From positions 129,959 to 193,958 of the IMG/VR virus record IMGVR_UViG_3300015360_000024: a stretch of 64,000 bases of DNA; one strand, given 5' to 3'. Below are positions 20,115-30,312 of the stretch, one piece after another. Source of the DNA: a virus. The translations under genes and the position numbers were made by a program. How positions within the stretch are numbered: the first letter of the stretch is position 1; every line of letters starts with the position of its first letter. Below the pieces are notes generated by a model, which saw only the letters and a list, made by a program, of their open reading frames with translations, had not been told where the DNA came from and made no database searches.

Positions 20115-20570
20115 ATGCCTCAGGTCGTATCAGCAGTAGTCACCACCGCATGGCGGACGAAGCTTGCCCGGATCTACGCCGGCCTGGACGCGTTCTCGTT
20201 GCCGCTGTCGTTTCAGATTGGTGAGGGCGGCTGGACTAATCCAGGCGGCGGCAAGGAGCCGATTCCTCCAAGCATTGCGCTGACAGCGCTGACGGCTTCT
20301 GGGTACCCGTCTGGCAGTCAGTACATCTTCACGAAGGCCCTGACCGGCGGAGATCTGACGTTTACCTCTCCAACGCGGCTTGAGATCAGATGTTTCGTTG
20401 CATCTTCCGAGGCGAACGACGACGGGTTCGGTGCCCCGCCCGAGTTCTTTGAGCTTGGAATCTTCAGCCAACCAGCAGGCGGTGGGACCTTGCTCGTCTA
20501 CTCAACGTTTCCGATCGAGATCAAGACGTCCAGCAAGGCCCTTGAGCACGTAATCTTCGTGGACTTCTAA
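20115..20570 (+). CDS. Baseplate/tail-fibre attachment protein
   Basis: FQIGEGG..EFFELGIF..LLVYSTFP..K resembles fibre-proximal anchor domains; AGGAG RBS. Confidence 0.55.
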   Translation: MPQVVSAVVTTAWRTKLARIYAGLDAFSLPLSFQIGEGGWTNPGGGKEPIPPSIALTALTASGYPSGSQYIFTKALTGGDLTFTSPTRLEIRCFVASSEANDDGFGAPPEFFELGIFSQPAGGGTLLVYSTFPIEIKTSSKALEHVIFVDF

Positions 20571-20574
20571 GCAC

Positions 20575-22506
20575 ATGCCGCCAATCACGCTGAGCCCGAT
20601 CTCCAACGCCACCGTAAAGGTGCGATGGAAGGAGCCGTACGCCTCGGAAGGCCTAAACCGCAAGATGGCGGTCGTGGTTCCGGCTGGTGTGTATCGCGGC
20701 CTGAAGCTTGGGGTGAGCGCCAGCAATCTATCTGTCGATTTGCTCCCTGACGCAGTCGGGGATCACGTCGCCGTTCAGGAGAGTTCCGACGGATTCCAGA
20801 CGACGTATGTGGATGACACGTCTGGTACGATCACCCTGCCGCTGACGGGGTTCGCCACCAACGACGTGGTTGTGATCTGCCTGGTTATTGGTTACGCGGT
20901 CGGCGCTACAACGACGGCTGAGTTCCGTGGTTATGTGCTGGCTGACTACGATGCGCTATCGGATGCAGCCAAGAGCGACCTGGTGGTGCTCGGAACGGTT
21001 CTTCGTCCAGCAGCCGGCATTATTCCGGCGGTCAACATCACGCACGATCGTCGGACCTTGCCGTTTCTTCGTCGCACCGATGAAGCCACGCCATGGAACC
21101 CGCTGGTTCGTAACGGCGGGTTCGAGCTTGGCGCTACGAATGCGACCAATGCCGGCGCATCGCCATTCTGGACTACGTACGCCTCGAACGCGAACTTCAC
21201 GATTCGTCCGGTGACGACCGAGTCTCACTCGGGCGCCAAGAGCCTGGAGATGACTGCGTCGGGTGCTGGCGCGGTGACGGCTACGATCTGGCAAGACCTG
21301 TTCATACCAGTGACGCCTGGCCGCTTCATGATGGGTCGCTTGTTCAAGAAGGTAATCCAGACAGCGACGCTATCGAGCGGCAGGATTCGGTTCACGTTCG
21401 GAGATCAGGACGGCATCAACGACGTCAACGAAGATCTGCTATTCGATGTGTCTGCTATTGATGGATCATTCGAAGAGTTCTCTGGGATCATTAAAGTCCC
21501 TACGACTGCGCGCGTGCTCAAGGGTGTGTTCATTGTCATCGCTGGCACATATGCTGGCACCGGCCCGTGTATCCGAATTGACGATGCCCAGGCTTGGATG
21601 CAGGTTGATGCAGCCAACTGGATGGATGTCCTCGATGCTCGCGCTGGCGAGGGTGCGTTCGGAAGGCTGCTCCTTGGTACTGCGAATAGCTTTTCGACTA
21701 GTGGCGCGAAGCTGTCGAACCCCGGAAACCTTGTTGAGGTAGAGCGATCTGACTCAAACCTCCTGGTCCTCCCTCCGGCTATCTCGATTCCGGCTCGCGC
21801 TTCAGTGAGCCTCAAGTACACGTTGGTCTTTCAGAGCCTGCCGCCGGGAAATCCTGGTTATAGAAAGTACGTGTCCCGGGTTGGGCACTTGCTCGAAGTC
21901 GTGAACGCATCCTACGACTCGACGACGGATACATGGACGAAGGATGTCGCTGGCGTCAACGCGCTCAGAAGCGAAGTGGCGGCTAGCGGAGTCCTTGTTT
22001 ACGAACGTATTTCTGATGTTGCCTGGTTGGATTCCGCCTGGGCTGCTCAGTACACCGTTGGAACGTCGCCTCTATTCACGCAGTCGATCAGGCACGGCGA
22101 CCGCCCGCTTCAGCTGGGGTCGAACTGGTTTCAGTACGATACGACCTCAGGTGGAGAAGATTTCGTTTTCAGGGATGGTGGCTTCATCCAGATCATGGCC
22201 GCGACGACGATTTGGATCGAGCTGCCGTTGATAGTTGGCGATAGAGTGAAGTCGTTCACGATTCAGGTCAGCGGAAACGGTGCGTCTGATATCTCTGCGA
22301 TTAGGTTTCAGCGTGCCGGTCTAGGCAGCACGTTAGCTGAGCTGACGACGGCGCTTAACAATCCTGGCGCCGGTTGGGCCAGCTATCCGTTCGCGCTGCC
22401 AGGTGGCGAGACATTGCTGGCTAATGAATCGTTCGTGATCGAGTTTGTCATCACTGGGACGATGCAGCTTGCAACTACAACGGTGATCTATGATCACCCA
22501 GTCTGA
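20575..22506 (+). CDS. Tail fibre / receptor-binding protein paralogue 1
   Basis: Shared N-terminus KVRWKEPYASEGLNRK..GVYRGL and VRNGGFE carbohydrate-binding-module-like domain. Confidence 0.65.
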   Translation: MPPITLSPISNATVKVRWKEPYASEGLNRKMAVVVPAGVYRGLKLGVSASNLSVDLLPDAVGDHVAVQESSDGFQTTYVDDTSGTITLPLTGFATNDVVVICLVIGYAVGATTTAEFRGYVLADYDALSDAAKSDLVVLGTVLRPAAGIIPAVNITHDRRTLPFLRRTDEATPWNPLVRNGGFELGATNATNAGASPFWTTYASNANFTIRPVTTESHSGAKSLEMTASGAGAVTATIWQDLFIPVTPGRFMMGRLFKKVIQTATLSSGRIRFTFGDQDGINDVNEDLLFDVSAIDGSFEEFSGIIKVPTTARVLKGVFIVIAGTYAGTGPCIRIDDAQAWMQVDAANWMDVLDARAGEGAFGRLLLGTANSFSTSGAKLSNPGNLVEVERSDSNLLVLPPAISIPARASVSLKYTLVFQSLPPGNPGYRKYVSRVGHLLEVVNASYDSTTDTWTKDVAGVNALRSEVAASGVLVYERISDVAWLDSAWAAQYTVGTSPLFTQSIRHGDRPLQLGSNWFQYDTTSGGEDFVFRDGGFIQIMAATTIWIELPLIVGDRVKSFTIQVSGNGASDISAIRFQRAGLGSTLAELTTALNNPGAGWASYPFALPGGETLLANESFVIEFVITGTMQLATTTVIYDHPV

Positions 22507-22518
22507 TGGAGATAGAAA

Positions 22519-25020
22519 ATGCCCCCGGTAACCATCTCGGCGATTGTTGATCTCTCGAAGGTCAAGATGAAGTGGAAGGAGACGTATGTCTCCGAGGGGC
22601 TTAACCGCAAGGTGATCCCTGCGATGCCGAAGGGTATCTACAGCGGCCTCAGGCTGATTCAGAACATCTCGTCACCACGTCAGGTTGAGGTGTCTGCTGC
22701 GCCTGACGTAACGCATGCTGCTGTCCACCAGAGCGCGACTGGATACTCCACGACATATCACGACGTTGCTGGTGTTTCTACGATACTTGATCTGAGCAAC
22801 GCGGCGCTAAACAACCAGGAGACGGTCATCGCGCTGTCGATCACCTATGTGATCGGTGCTGATACGACGGCTAGCTGGATTGCCTATCCGATTGCTGATT
22901 GGAACGCGCTGACCGACGCGCAGAGGGCTGAGCGGATCGTCCTTGGGACGGTAAGCGTTCCAGCTCCGGCCACGAACATTACGACAGCGATGATCACTCC
23001 GAATCGTCGCACGGCGGCTTGGGAGAGTGAGTCGCCTGGCTCGGTGCCATGGTCTCCAATCGTTAAGAATCCAAGCTTCGAACATGGTGGTACAGGTTCC
23101 AGCGGCTCCGGTCAGTATCTGATCTCTGACTGGCGCAATCGGGTCGACTTGGACGTCAACGGGCGCTTTGAGTTAGGCGTGGCCACTGTTCGTTCTGGTG
23201 CCAAAAGCTTGGCCTTCAACAAGACAATTGTTGGAGCGAGTACTGGAAAGATCGAGCAGTACCAAGAGGTTCCCGTTACCCCTGGGCAGCTGGTTCGCGT
23301 GACGGGTTGGATTAGGCAGCTCATCGCCCCGACGGGCGGGTCATATACATTCAACGTCTACTGGGGCGATCTGGACAGCCTTGCCTCGGGGAGTCTTACC
23401 ATCACCGCATCGGCGGCTGGCCTTGACGCCGCATTCCGTAAGGTTGAGTCGACGTTCAAGGTGCCGGCGGGTAAATTCGTTATCAAGACGGTCACGATCG
23501 AAGTTGTCGGTGTGACGTCTGCATCAACCGGCGTTGCCGCCGTCTTCGATGATTTTCAGGTGTTTATTGAGACCGGCTCACCGCTTACGCGGCAGGCAGC
23601 TCTCGCAAACAGCTTGCGCCAGCAAATGGTAAGCGCGCTGTTCTTCGAGGATCCTTCAACATACGCAGCCAATGGACAGCTATCAGCTCTTCTGCGTTAC
23701 GACAAGTCGACGCCAGTCGGCGAAGGGTCTCTCATCGGTCAGCGCAAAGACCTCGCAGACAATTCGGCGCAGCCAGCGCTCTCATGGATGGGGCGTATCA
23801 TCGACCTCGGCAAGTTCATGTTGTTCGGCTCCGCCGAGTCAAACCAGCCTCGCATCGAGGGACCGTTTTCATCGAATGAGCCGTTCACCCTAATGTTTGA
23901 GACCAGACGCGAAGGACCAGCTGGCAAGGGGCTGCGCTTGTACGCTGGGTATCTGTTCGGTGGCTCCACGGAACCTGGCTTCTTCTTGACGGTTAACGCA
24001 AAGCATGACGGGACGAACTGGACGAGGGACGTTAACGGCGAAGGTTCGTCTGGTGTGTATATTGACGCTGACGAGAATCGCGGCAATATTGTATCCAGCA
24101 ATGGTGCACCGTGTTTGACGACTTATGTTCACAGGGCAGCTGATCCTAATACATGGACCACATGGCAGGAGGCCGTTTCCCTTATGGGGCTAAACGATCC
24201 AGAGGGAGGATCTGCTCTCCAGACGTCACAGATCTTGATCCCTCGCTATTTTGATCAGACCAAGCCTGTTATTGTCATTAGCGGTGCGCCGGAGCCTAGA
24301 GGCCCTGTTCTACAGGGAGATGGGGATTCTATTCTGGTCGGCGGAATCGACCACGCTGGAATTTATTTCTACCCGGATTCCAGAGTGGTTCACGAGGACT
24401 TCGATGACTCGACGCTCGGCTACTACCTGCGCCAAGACATTGTTAATGTTGGCAGCACGACCCTCAGTCCAGCTAACAGCAGGGCTACGCTAGTCACAAA
24501 CGCAGCCAGCGGTAGCATCAGCGTATTTCGTCCAAACGTCGCCTATCAGAACTGGGGTTCCAATGGCGGGCTGTTCAGGCTAGGTTTCCGCGCCAGGATT
24601 GCCATCGGCGGTATCACCAATACCGAGCAGTACATTGGGTACTGGTGCCCTGGCCAGGGCAACCCGGACAACAACGCCGCATTGGCTATGGCGTTCAAGA
24701 TTGTGAACGGTGTCGTGTCAGTGATTGCCGATGGTGGTGCGGCGACAGCTTCTACCGGAGTCACAGTTGGCGTCGGTCAAATTCGCTGGTTCACCCTGGT
24801 CTTCGATCCGACCAACGGAGTGGTCCAGTGGCATATAACGGGCTCTGGTGGAACCATTGCCAGTGGTATGGTCGGCGGGACTTATGGGACTCTCGCAGCC
24901 TCCGCAGAGGCCGGTGATCCAAACTATCCATTTATCGGTGTGAAGACGACAACTGCGGCAACGTCTTCGATTACGGCTGACTGTTTGACCGCCTGGATGG
25001 GCGACAGAGAGGGAATGTAA
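22519..25020 (+). CDS. Tail fibre / receptor-binding protein paralogue 2
   Basis: KMKWKETYVSEGLNRK..GIYSGL and VKNPSFE; divergent C-terminus; GGAG RBS. Confidence 0.65.
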   Translation: MPPVTISAIVDLSKVKMKWKETYVSEGLNRKVIPAMPKGIYSGLRLIQNISSPRQVEVSAAPDVTHAAVHQSATGYSTTYHDVAGVSTILDLSNAALNNQETVIALSITYVIGADTTASWIAYPIADWNALTDAQRAERIVLGTVSVPAPATNITTAMITPNRRTAAWESESPGSVPWSPIVKNPSFEHGGTGSSGSGQYLISDWRNRVDLDVNGRFELGVATVRSGAKSLAFNKTIVGASTGKIEQYQEVPVTPGQLVRVTGWIRQLIAPTGGSYTFNVYWGDLDSLASGSLTITASAAGLDAAFRKVESTFKVPAGKFVIKTVTIEVVGVTSASTGVAAVFDDFQVFIETGSPLTRQAALANSLRQQMVSALFFEDPSTYAANGQLSALLRYDKSTPVGEGSLIGQRKDLADNSAQPALSWMGRIIDLGKFMLFGSAESNQPRIEGPFSSNEPFTLMFETRREGPAGKGLRLYAGYLFGGSTEPGFFLTVNAKHDGTNWTRDVNGEGSSGVYIDADENRGNIVSSNGAPCLTTYVHRAADPNTWTTWQEAVSLMGLNDPEGGSALQTSQILIPRYFDQTKPVIVISGAPEPRGPVLQGDGDSILVGGIDHAGIYFYPDSRVVHEDFDDSTLGYYLRQDIVNVGSTTLSPANSRATLVTNAASGSISVFRPNVAYQNWGSNGGLFRLGFRARIAIGGITNTEQYIGYWCPGQGNPDNNAALAMAFKIVNGVVSVIADGGAATASTGVTVGVGQIRWFTLVFDPTNGVVQWHITGSGGTIASGMVGGTYGTLAASAEAGDPNYPFIGVKTTTAATSSITADCLTAWMGDREGM

Positions 25021-25287
25021 ATGATGGAGAACAAGATGAACGAGAAGACGATTAACAACATCCCGGTTTCCGAGGAGACCTTCAACAAGATGATCCTTCT
25101 GCAGGAGAGGTCTCGGCGGATCAATGCTGAGGCTGCTATCCTTCAGCGCGAGAAGGTCGATACCGAGGCAGCGGTTGCTGCGCTCATGGCCGAGATCGAA
25201 AAGAGCGCTCCTACCAAGGAGGGTAACGGCCTGGCACAGCAGATTTCTGCTGTCGCTCCGGCTGCGCAGCAGACCCCGACCGCATAG
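25021..25287 (+). CDS. Small coiled-coil protein, possible fibre chaperone
   Basis: Starts directly after the fibre stop; GAGGG RBS; helical. Confidence 0.55.
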   Translation: MMENKMNEKTINNIPVSEETFNKMILLQERSRRINAEAAILQREKVDTEAAVAALMAEIEKSAPTKEGNGLAQQISAVAPAAQQTPTA

Positions 25288-25296
25288 GTGATTTGA

Positions 25297-27894
25297 ATGC
25301 CCACGGACATCCTCGCGCTGCCATCGAGCAGCCTCAACACGAAGTGGAAGGAGCCGTATGCCTCGGCGAGCCTCAACCGGAGGTCCGTTGGCATCACTGC
25401 GCCGGGAATCTATCGTGGTTTGAGATTGCAGCCGGATCCGTCCCTGGGCGACAGGACAATTCAGGTCGAGGCTGACCCGGATAAGCTTGATCACGTAGCC
25501 GTTTACGAGAACGACAGCGGATTCTCGGTGACGTATCGGGACAGCACGTCAGGTGACATCATCCTGTCGCTGGCTGGATACGCCAGCGTTAATGTCGTCG
25601 TTTGTATTTTCGTGGACTATCAGACCGGCGTCTCCACGACTGGCGCCTTTCGGATCTTCACGGAGGCCGAGTTCAGCGCACTGCCTTTGGCTGTCAGTAA
25701 CGCGTTGGTGATCATTGGGACTGTGACGGTTCCGGTGTCCGGTGCCATCTCGGCATCGAATATATCGCTCCTGCGTCGCACGCTTGCGTCATCGAATCTG
25801 TCACGCGGAACGATCCCCAACGCTCCGTTGGTTCGTAATCCTGGGTTCGAGTCCGGCGAGACCAATGCGACATACGCCAAATCGAGCTTGTTCTGGGACA
25901 AGTCGATGACGGTCGGCACGGGAACATGGAAGACCAGTACGGCGCAGGTCTCGACGGGCATGAAGTCCATCGAGATGAACGTGACAGCTGGACCTGTTAC
26001 TGGAGAGATTTCTCAGCAGGTTGGTGTCGAGACGGCGGAGGGTGAGCTGTTCTTGATTGCCGTTACGATCAAGCAGCTGAAGACGATCTCCTCTGGAAGT
26101 TTGGTCTTCTTTTTGGAGTGGTCTGACGTCAACGACGCCTTGCTGACCACGACAACCATTGGCCTCGACGGTGGCGGAATCGACTCGTCGTTTAGGACGG
26201 TGGAGACAATCATTCCGGCACCGGCTGGTGCGTCTTCGTTGCGTTCTGTTGGTATTCGGGCAACGGGCTTCAGCCCGGCAAGCACTGGGATTTTTGGGTA
26301 CGTAGATAACGTCGATGTATTCGTTGAGCCGAGAGATCCACGGTACCCGTACGCATTCGACCAAACGTTCCGTAGAGCGGTGGCCGCGACTGCTGTTTCG
26401 CTTCTGGACAGGACGGGGAATTTCGCAAGTCAGATCGCGTCCCTTCGGTTTGATCCAACAACACCGTCAGGCGAAGGTCGCGCGCTATTTGAGCCAGGCA
26501 ATCCGGCTAATATTCCACCAGCGCTTGCAGTGCTTGGTAGGCTGTACAAGCTCGGATCTAGTCTCCTTGGGACTGAGGCGAATGCGCTGAAGCCGCGCGT
26601 CAGCGCCGACGTGAGCGTTGCGGTTGGTACCGAGTACACGCTCATGTGGGAGTCGGTTCGCGACGGGGAGTCTCCTGGTGGCTACACCCAGGCGGTTGCT
26701 CGTATCTATGGCGCTCCGGCTGGGCAGTGGACGCTAACAGTGAATGCTGCGTTCGACGGGACCAACTGGATCAAGGATGTCAACGGTCAAGTTGCGTACA
26801 GGACGACATTAGCGCGAGATCAATTCGTCATCTCTACCCAGATCGGAGGCACCAACACGTGGCTCGATGCGGCTTGGGTGAAGGTGTCGGAGGCGCTTCC
26901 TGGGGCGGTCAATCTGCTGCTTGGTACAGGTTCGAACCAGTTCGTGTTCACACCGACGCAGCTCACGCACGATGCAGATATCGTCCCAGCAATCACTGGC
27001 ACGTTTAGCGTTGGTTCTGCGGCCGTACAGCTCGACAAGATGTGGACGCGGCGCATTGGGCTTGGAGCCGATGGGACTGGCGCGGCTCCAGCGAACACCC
27101 CGCTTGGTCGATCACTGTCGATCATCGGAAGTCATGCTCCGTATCAGGGCGAGTACATCAGCAAGCGGTTCGGGATATGGGGCCGTAAGGGCCTGCGTTT
27201 TGTCGATGACTTCTTCAGCGAGACGACGGTTCCCGATGGATGGAACTCTGGCTCGATTGGTGCCGGCGCCTCGATTGTTCGTGATGGATCAATACCTCAT
27301 ACCCTCAACGCTGTTCATACCGGAGCTGCGAATGGGACAGCGTATATCTATACGGCCAACAGCTTTCGTTTGACGGATGGCTTCGTGGCTCGTTGGAGAT
27401 TGGTATGGAACAACGGCGGCACGATTGGAACTACTGGAGCTGTTGGGTTTGGTGATCCGATCGGCGGTACGAACGGCATGTCGTTTCATGCCATCGTTGA
27501 CAACGTAACCTCTGGTGGTCCGTACTTCGGGACTGGATTCCGTTATGGCGGGACGCTCGATGCGACATTCAAACAGCCGGCGGGCGGAACGTTGATTGAT
27601 ATCGACGCCGTTACTGGATCCGGAGAAGGCGCATTCGGCAGTAACACGCTAATGCGTTGGTACACTCTCGCCGTTGTTAGTGGTGTGGCCTATTGGGAGG
27701 TCTACACGACCGAGCCAGACGGCGAGATCAATGACGACAGCTTCCTGACCGCGATCGGAAATACTGGGGCCATCACGGTTCCGTCGGGCCTCTATCCGTT
27801 TTACGTGAGCGCTCCTGGTGTCAGCGGCCTTGGCGGAACCACAATGAAACTGGATTACTTCGAAGTGATCACCGGAGGTCGCGATGGCGGTTAA
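25297..27894 (+). CDS. Tail fibre / receptor-binding protein paralogue 3
   Basis: NTKWKEPYASASLNRR..GIYRGL and VRNPGFE; divergent C-terminus. Confidence 0.65.
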   Translation: MPTDILALPSSSLNTKWKEPYASASLNRRSVGITAPGIYRGLRLQPDPSLGDRTIQVEADPDKLDHVAVYENDSGFSVTYRDSTSGDIILSLAGYASVNVVVCIFVDYQTGVSTTGAFRIFTEAEFSALPLAVSNALVIIGTVTVPVSGAISASNISLLRRTLASSNLSRGTIPNAPLVRNPGFESGETNATYAKSSLFWDKSMTVGTGTWKTSTAQVSTGMKSIEMNVTAGPVTGEISQQVGVETAEGELFLIAVTIKQLKTISSGSLVFFLEWSDVNDALLTTTTIGLDGGGIDSSFRTVETIIPAPAGASSLRSVGIRATGFSPASTGIFGYVDNVDVFVEPRDPRYPYAFDQTFRRAVAATAVSLLDRTGNFASQIASLRFDPTTPSGEGRALFEPGNPANIPPALAVLGRLYKLGSSLLGTEANALKPRVSADVSVAVGTEYTLMWESVRDGESPGGYTQAVARIYGAPAGQWTLTVNAAFDGTNWIKDVNGQVAYRTTLARDQFVISTQIGGTNTWLDAAWVKVSEALPGAVNLLLGTGSNQFVFTPTQLTHDADIVPAITGTFSVGSAAVQLDKMWTRRIGLGADGTGAAPANTPLGRSLSIIGSHAPYQGEYISKRFGIWGRKGLRFVDDFFSETTVPDGWNSGSIGAGASIVRDGSIPHTLNAVHTGAANGTAYIYTANSFRLTDGFVARWRLVWNNGGTIGTTGAVGFGDPIGGTNGMSFHAIVDNVTSGGPYFGTGFRYGGTLDATFKQPAGGTLIDIDAVTGSGEGAFGSNTLMRWYTLAVVSGVAYWEVYTTEPDGEINDDSFLTAIGNTGAITVPSGLYPFYVSAPGVSGLGGTTMKLDYFEVITGGRDGG

Positions 27895-28429
27895 TTTTCC
27901 TCCGCTTACTCCAGAGGAGCGCACGGTTGTAATCGATTGGATCAACGAGCGAGTGATCCCCTGGCCTGATGTCTGGGCCTTGCTTGATCGGGCTATCGAG
28001 CACTTCGGCTTCCGTACAGGACCGCCGGAGATGCGTGAGTACGCGGAGAGTCTTCCGATTCAAATTGTCGGAGTCAACGGTGGTCTTTCTTGGAAGACCG
28101 AGCCGTCCTATGCCGATATTGATCTCGCTGTTGTATTGGACCGCGATTTCAATAAGGGGGATCTGGCCTTCCTGACCTGGGTTGGCAAGCAGCGGATCTC
28201 GGCAGAGGAAATCGTCATGCAGACTTCGCGCTGTACGATTCCAGGCATCGAGCTGGAGATCGATGGGGTTTGGCGACGCATCGATGTTCTGCGACCCATG
28301 AAGGAGCATGGTGGCCGACTATGGGTGTGTCCTGGGACGTGTCGTCACTGTAGTAGGTTGTTTTACGACGCCAATTTCGTTCTCGTAGGCGGTGTTATCA
28401 CGCACGAATCCTGCCTCACAGGAGTCTGA
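27884..28429 (+). CDS. Hypothetical protein with a C-terminal Cys/His cluster
   Basis: GGAGG RBS; CPGTCRHC..HESC possible Zn site. Confidence 0.65.
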   Translation: MAVNFPPLTPEERTVVIDWINERVIPWPDVWALLDRAIEHFGFRTGPPEMREYAESLPIQIVGVNGGLSWKTEPSYADIDLAVVLDRDFNKGDLAFLTWVGKQRISAEEIVMQTSRCTIPGIELEIDGVWRRIDVLRPMKEHGGRLWVCPGTCRHCSRLFYDANFVLVGGVITHESCLTGV

Positions 28430-28464
28430 TTGCGTCGCGCACATCATCGTGCGAAGCTTCCGCC

Positions 28465-28806
28465 GTGACCAAGCGTCTGCCAACGCAACGTGATCGGTCC
28501 GCCGGAAGAGCGGTTTCCCAGGGGGACGGAACCCCAAGGGACGAGATCGATGAAATTACCGATCGACTGGAGATGCTTGAGGCTAATCCTCTGCCAACGC
28601 CGCCTCCGATGTCACCCCGAGATCTTAGTATGGTGATGGCCTCCTTTGAGGCTAAACTATGCGAGCTGAACAAGTCCCTGACCAAAGAAACCAGGGCAAA
28701 CCGAATCACCCTTCGCAACTTCACTACCGAGTGTGAAAAGACGAAGGAATCGGTGGAAGATCTCAACACGGAGCTGAATCTTGTCATCAGGAGAGAAGTC
28801 GGATAG
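28465..28806 (+). CDS. Hypothetical coiled-coil protein
   Basis: 113-aa ORF filling the gap on the coding strand. Confidence 0.5.
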   Translation: MTKRLPTQRDRSAGRAVSQGDGTPRDEIDEITDRLEMLEANPLPTPPPMSPRDLSMVMASFEAKLCELNKSLTKETRANRITLRNFTTECEKTKESVEDLNTELNLVIRREVG

Positions 28807-29335
28807 CTACGTCACTGCAGTTGCGACCCAACTGTTTCAGACGCAGGCGCTTATCCAGACGCTGCTGACCGAGATTAGAGAGAACTCAACCGAACAGGCT
28901 GCGCTCAATGCGGAGCTAAAGAATCTCCGTCTAAACGTCAACACTCTGTCGAATATCATCCGGGGCGGCGACGGGAACACGAAGCCACTCGTCCTCGAAG
29001 TGGAGATGATGAAGCACGCCGATATTCACCTCGACAAGAGGATTACGGCGGTGGTTGAAGACATCGAAGACCAGATTCTTTCCTTGGCAAAGAACCTGGC
29101 TGAGTCAGTTGCTCGCGCTGAAGGCAAGATTGAGGCAGCCGATAAGTCACGGCGTGACTGGGAGGCCGCCAAGCTTGCAGCTGATACGGCGACCAATAAT
29201 GCAAAGCTTGCAGCTGATACGGCGATCAGCAATGACCTGCGTCTGGATAGCCGAACTCGGTTTGCGACTAAGGCCTCAATTGTTATCGCGATCATCTCCA
29301 TGATAGGAACGATCTTGGCGCTTGCTCTCAAGTAG
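28781..29335 (+). CDS. Coiled-coil protein with a C-terminal transmembrane helix (holin-like topology possible)
   Basis: Heptad-rich body; C-terminal ASIVIAIISMIGTILALAL; internal AKLAADTA repeat. Confidence 0.6.
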   Translation: MSSGEKSDSYVTAVATQLFQTQALIQTLLTEIRENSTEQAALNAELKNLRLNVNTLSNIIRGGDGNTKPLVLEVEMMKHADIHLDKRITAVVEDIEDQILSLAKNLAESVARAEGKIEAADKSRRDWEAAKLAADTATNNAKLAADTAISNDLRLDSRTRFATKASIVIAIISMIGTILALALK

Positions 29336-29347
29336 ACAGACACACCA

Positions 29348-29385
29348 CGCACTTTGCTCCGCGTTCGGTCGGAAGTGCGATTTTG
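29348..29385 (+). terminator. Possible intrinsic terminator
   Basis: CGCACTT...AAGTGCG stem followed by ATTTT; weak U-tract. Confidence 0.35.
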
Positions 29386-29454
29386 GGGTAGCGCAGCCGG
29401 CCTGAAACGAGCGTCTATCTAGTGTATAGGTAGCGTTGTAAGAGGAGAATCACC

Positions 29455-29850
29455 ATGGGCGTTCGCGTCACCTTTGAAGTTCTTGTACAGATTTCGGAGA
29501 ATACCCAAGAACTCAAGGAGCTTGGAAAGAGCCCTCCTTGGAAGGGAACGTCGGATCTACTGGACGACGGTGGGACATGGCGGCAGAGGATTGTTGCCGG
29601 TGCCGTCAACGTACCCGTAGATCTGAATGGTCTAGCCAATGGACGCCTGCTTGCCATCAAGACCAACCAGACCATCACGTTCAGGAAGAACCTGATTGGC
29701 GGCGAGCCTTGGACGATTCGCCCAATGGGCACAGGAGCCCTGGATGGTGTGTTTTTGGCGACAACAGACGGAATTACGTCGCTCTTCTTTTCTAACGCCG
29801 GATCCCTTGATGCCGAAGTGACCATCTCCATAGGTGGAATGGTCGTCTAG
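29455..29850 (+). CDS. Hypothetical beta-rich protein
   Basis: GAGGAG RBS. Confidence 0.7.
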   Translation: MGVRVTFEVLVQISENTQELKELGKSPPWKGTSDLLDDGGTWRQRIVAGAVNVPVDLNGLANGRLLAIKTNQTITFRKNLIGGEPWTIRPMGTGALDGVFLATTDGITSLFFSNAGSLDAEVTISIGGMVV

Positions 29851-29944
29851 ATCTCGGTTGCTTGCGTAAACCAAGGCAAAAGGTTAGCTTTCGCTGAGTT
29901 CGAACCCGGGCCGTTGGCCCAAGACAGAAAATCTGGAGAAGACC

Positions 29945-30232
29945 ATGCTTACTTTGAACCTGACCAACACCTCGGGCGTCGCGATCGTTGCCGGCGACGG
30001 CGTCCTCCCCAAGATGTTCAGCTGGATGTCGATCGCGATTGCCGGCAATGCGAATGCCGTCATTCAGGTCGGTGACCTGACCAAGGAAGACCAGCCGAGC
30101 GCCGGCTTTACGGTTGGCGAGATGCTGCAGTCGCTCAAGCAGCGCGGCAAGATCACGTACAACGTCACCGACGTCGGCGACAGCGAAGACACGGGCAGCG
30201 TTGCTGACCACGTCGTCGCAACCGCTGTCTAA
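29945..30232 (+). CDS. Hypothetical protein
   Basis: GGAG RBS; strongly biased codons. Confidence 0.7.
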   Translation: MLTLNLTNTSGVAIVAGDGVLPKMFSWMSIAIAGNANAVIQVGDLTKEDQPSAGFTVGEMLQSLKQRGKITYNVTDVGDSEDTGSVADHVVATAV

Positions 30233-30243
30233 GTGGTCGACTA

Positions 30244-30278
30244 AATAGGGCTTCTAGGCTTGACCTAGAAGGCCTATT
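30244..30278. promoter_or_regulatory. Long intergenic inverted repeat
   Basis: AATAGG-G-CTTCTAGG/CTTGA/CCTAGAAG-G-CCTATT: 14 bp with one G-G mismatch. Confidence 0.55.
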
Positions 30279-30312
30279 CCTGCGAATCTTCGATCACTGA
30301 AGAGGTGGATCG

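Noticed and set aside
29893-29920. GAGTTCGAACCC resembling a tRNA T-loop
   Set aside because: Flanks do not form a 5-bp T stem, and no acceptor, D or anticodon arms can be built. No tRNA gene was found anywhere in the window.
30241-30248. CTAAATA as a T4-like late promoter
   Set aside because: Single intergenic occurrence; not repeated in front of other structural genes.
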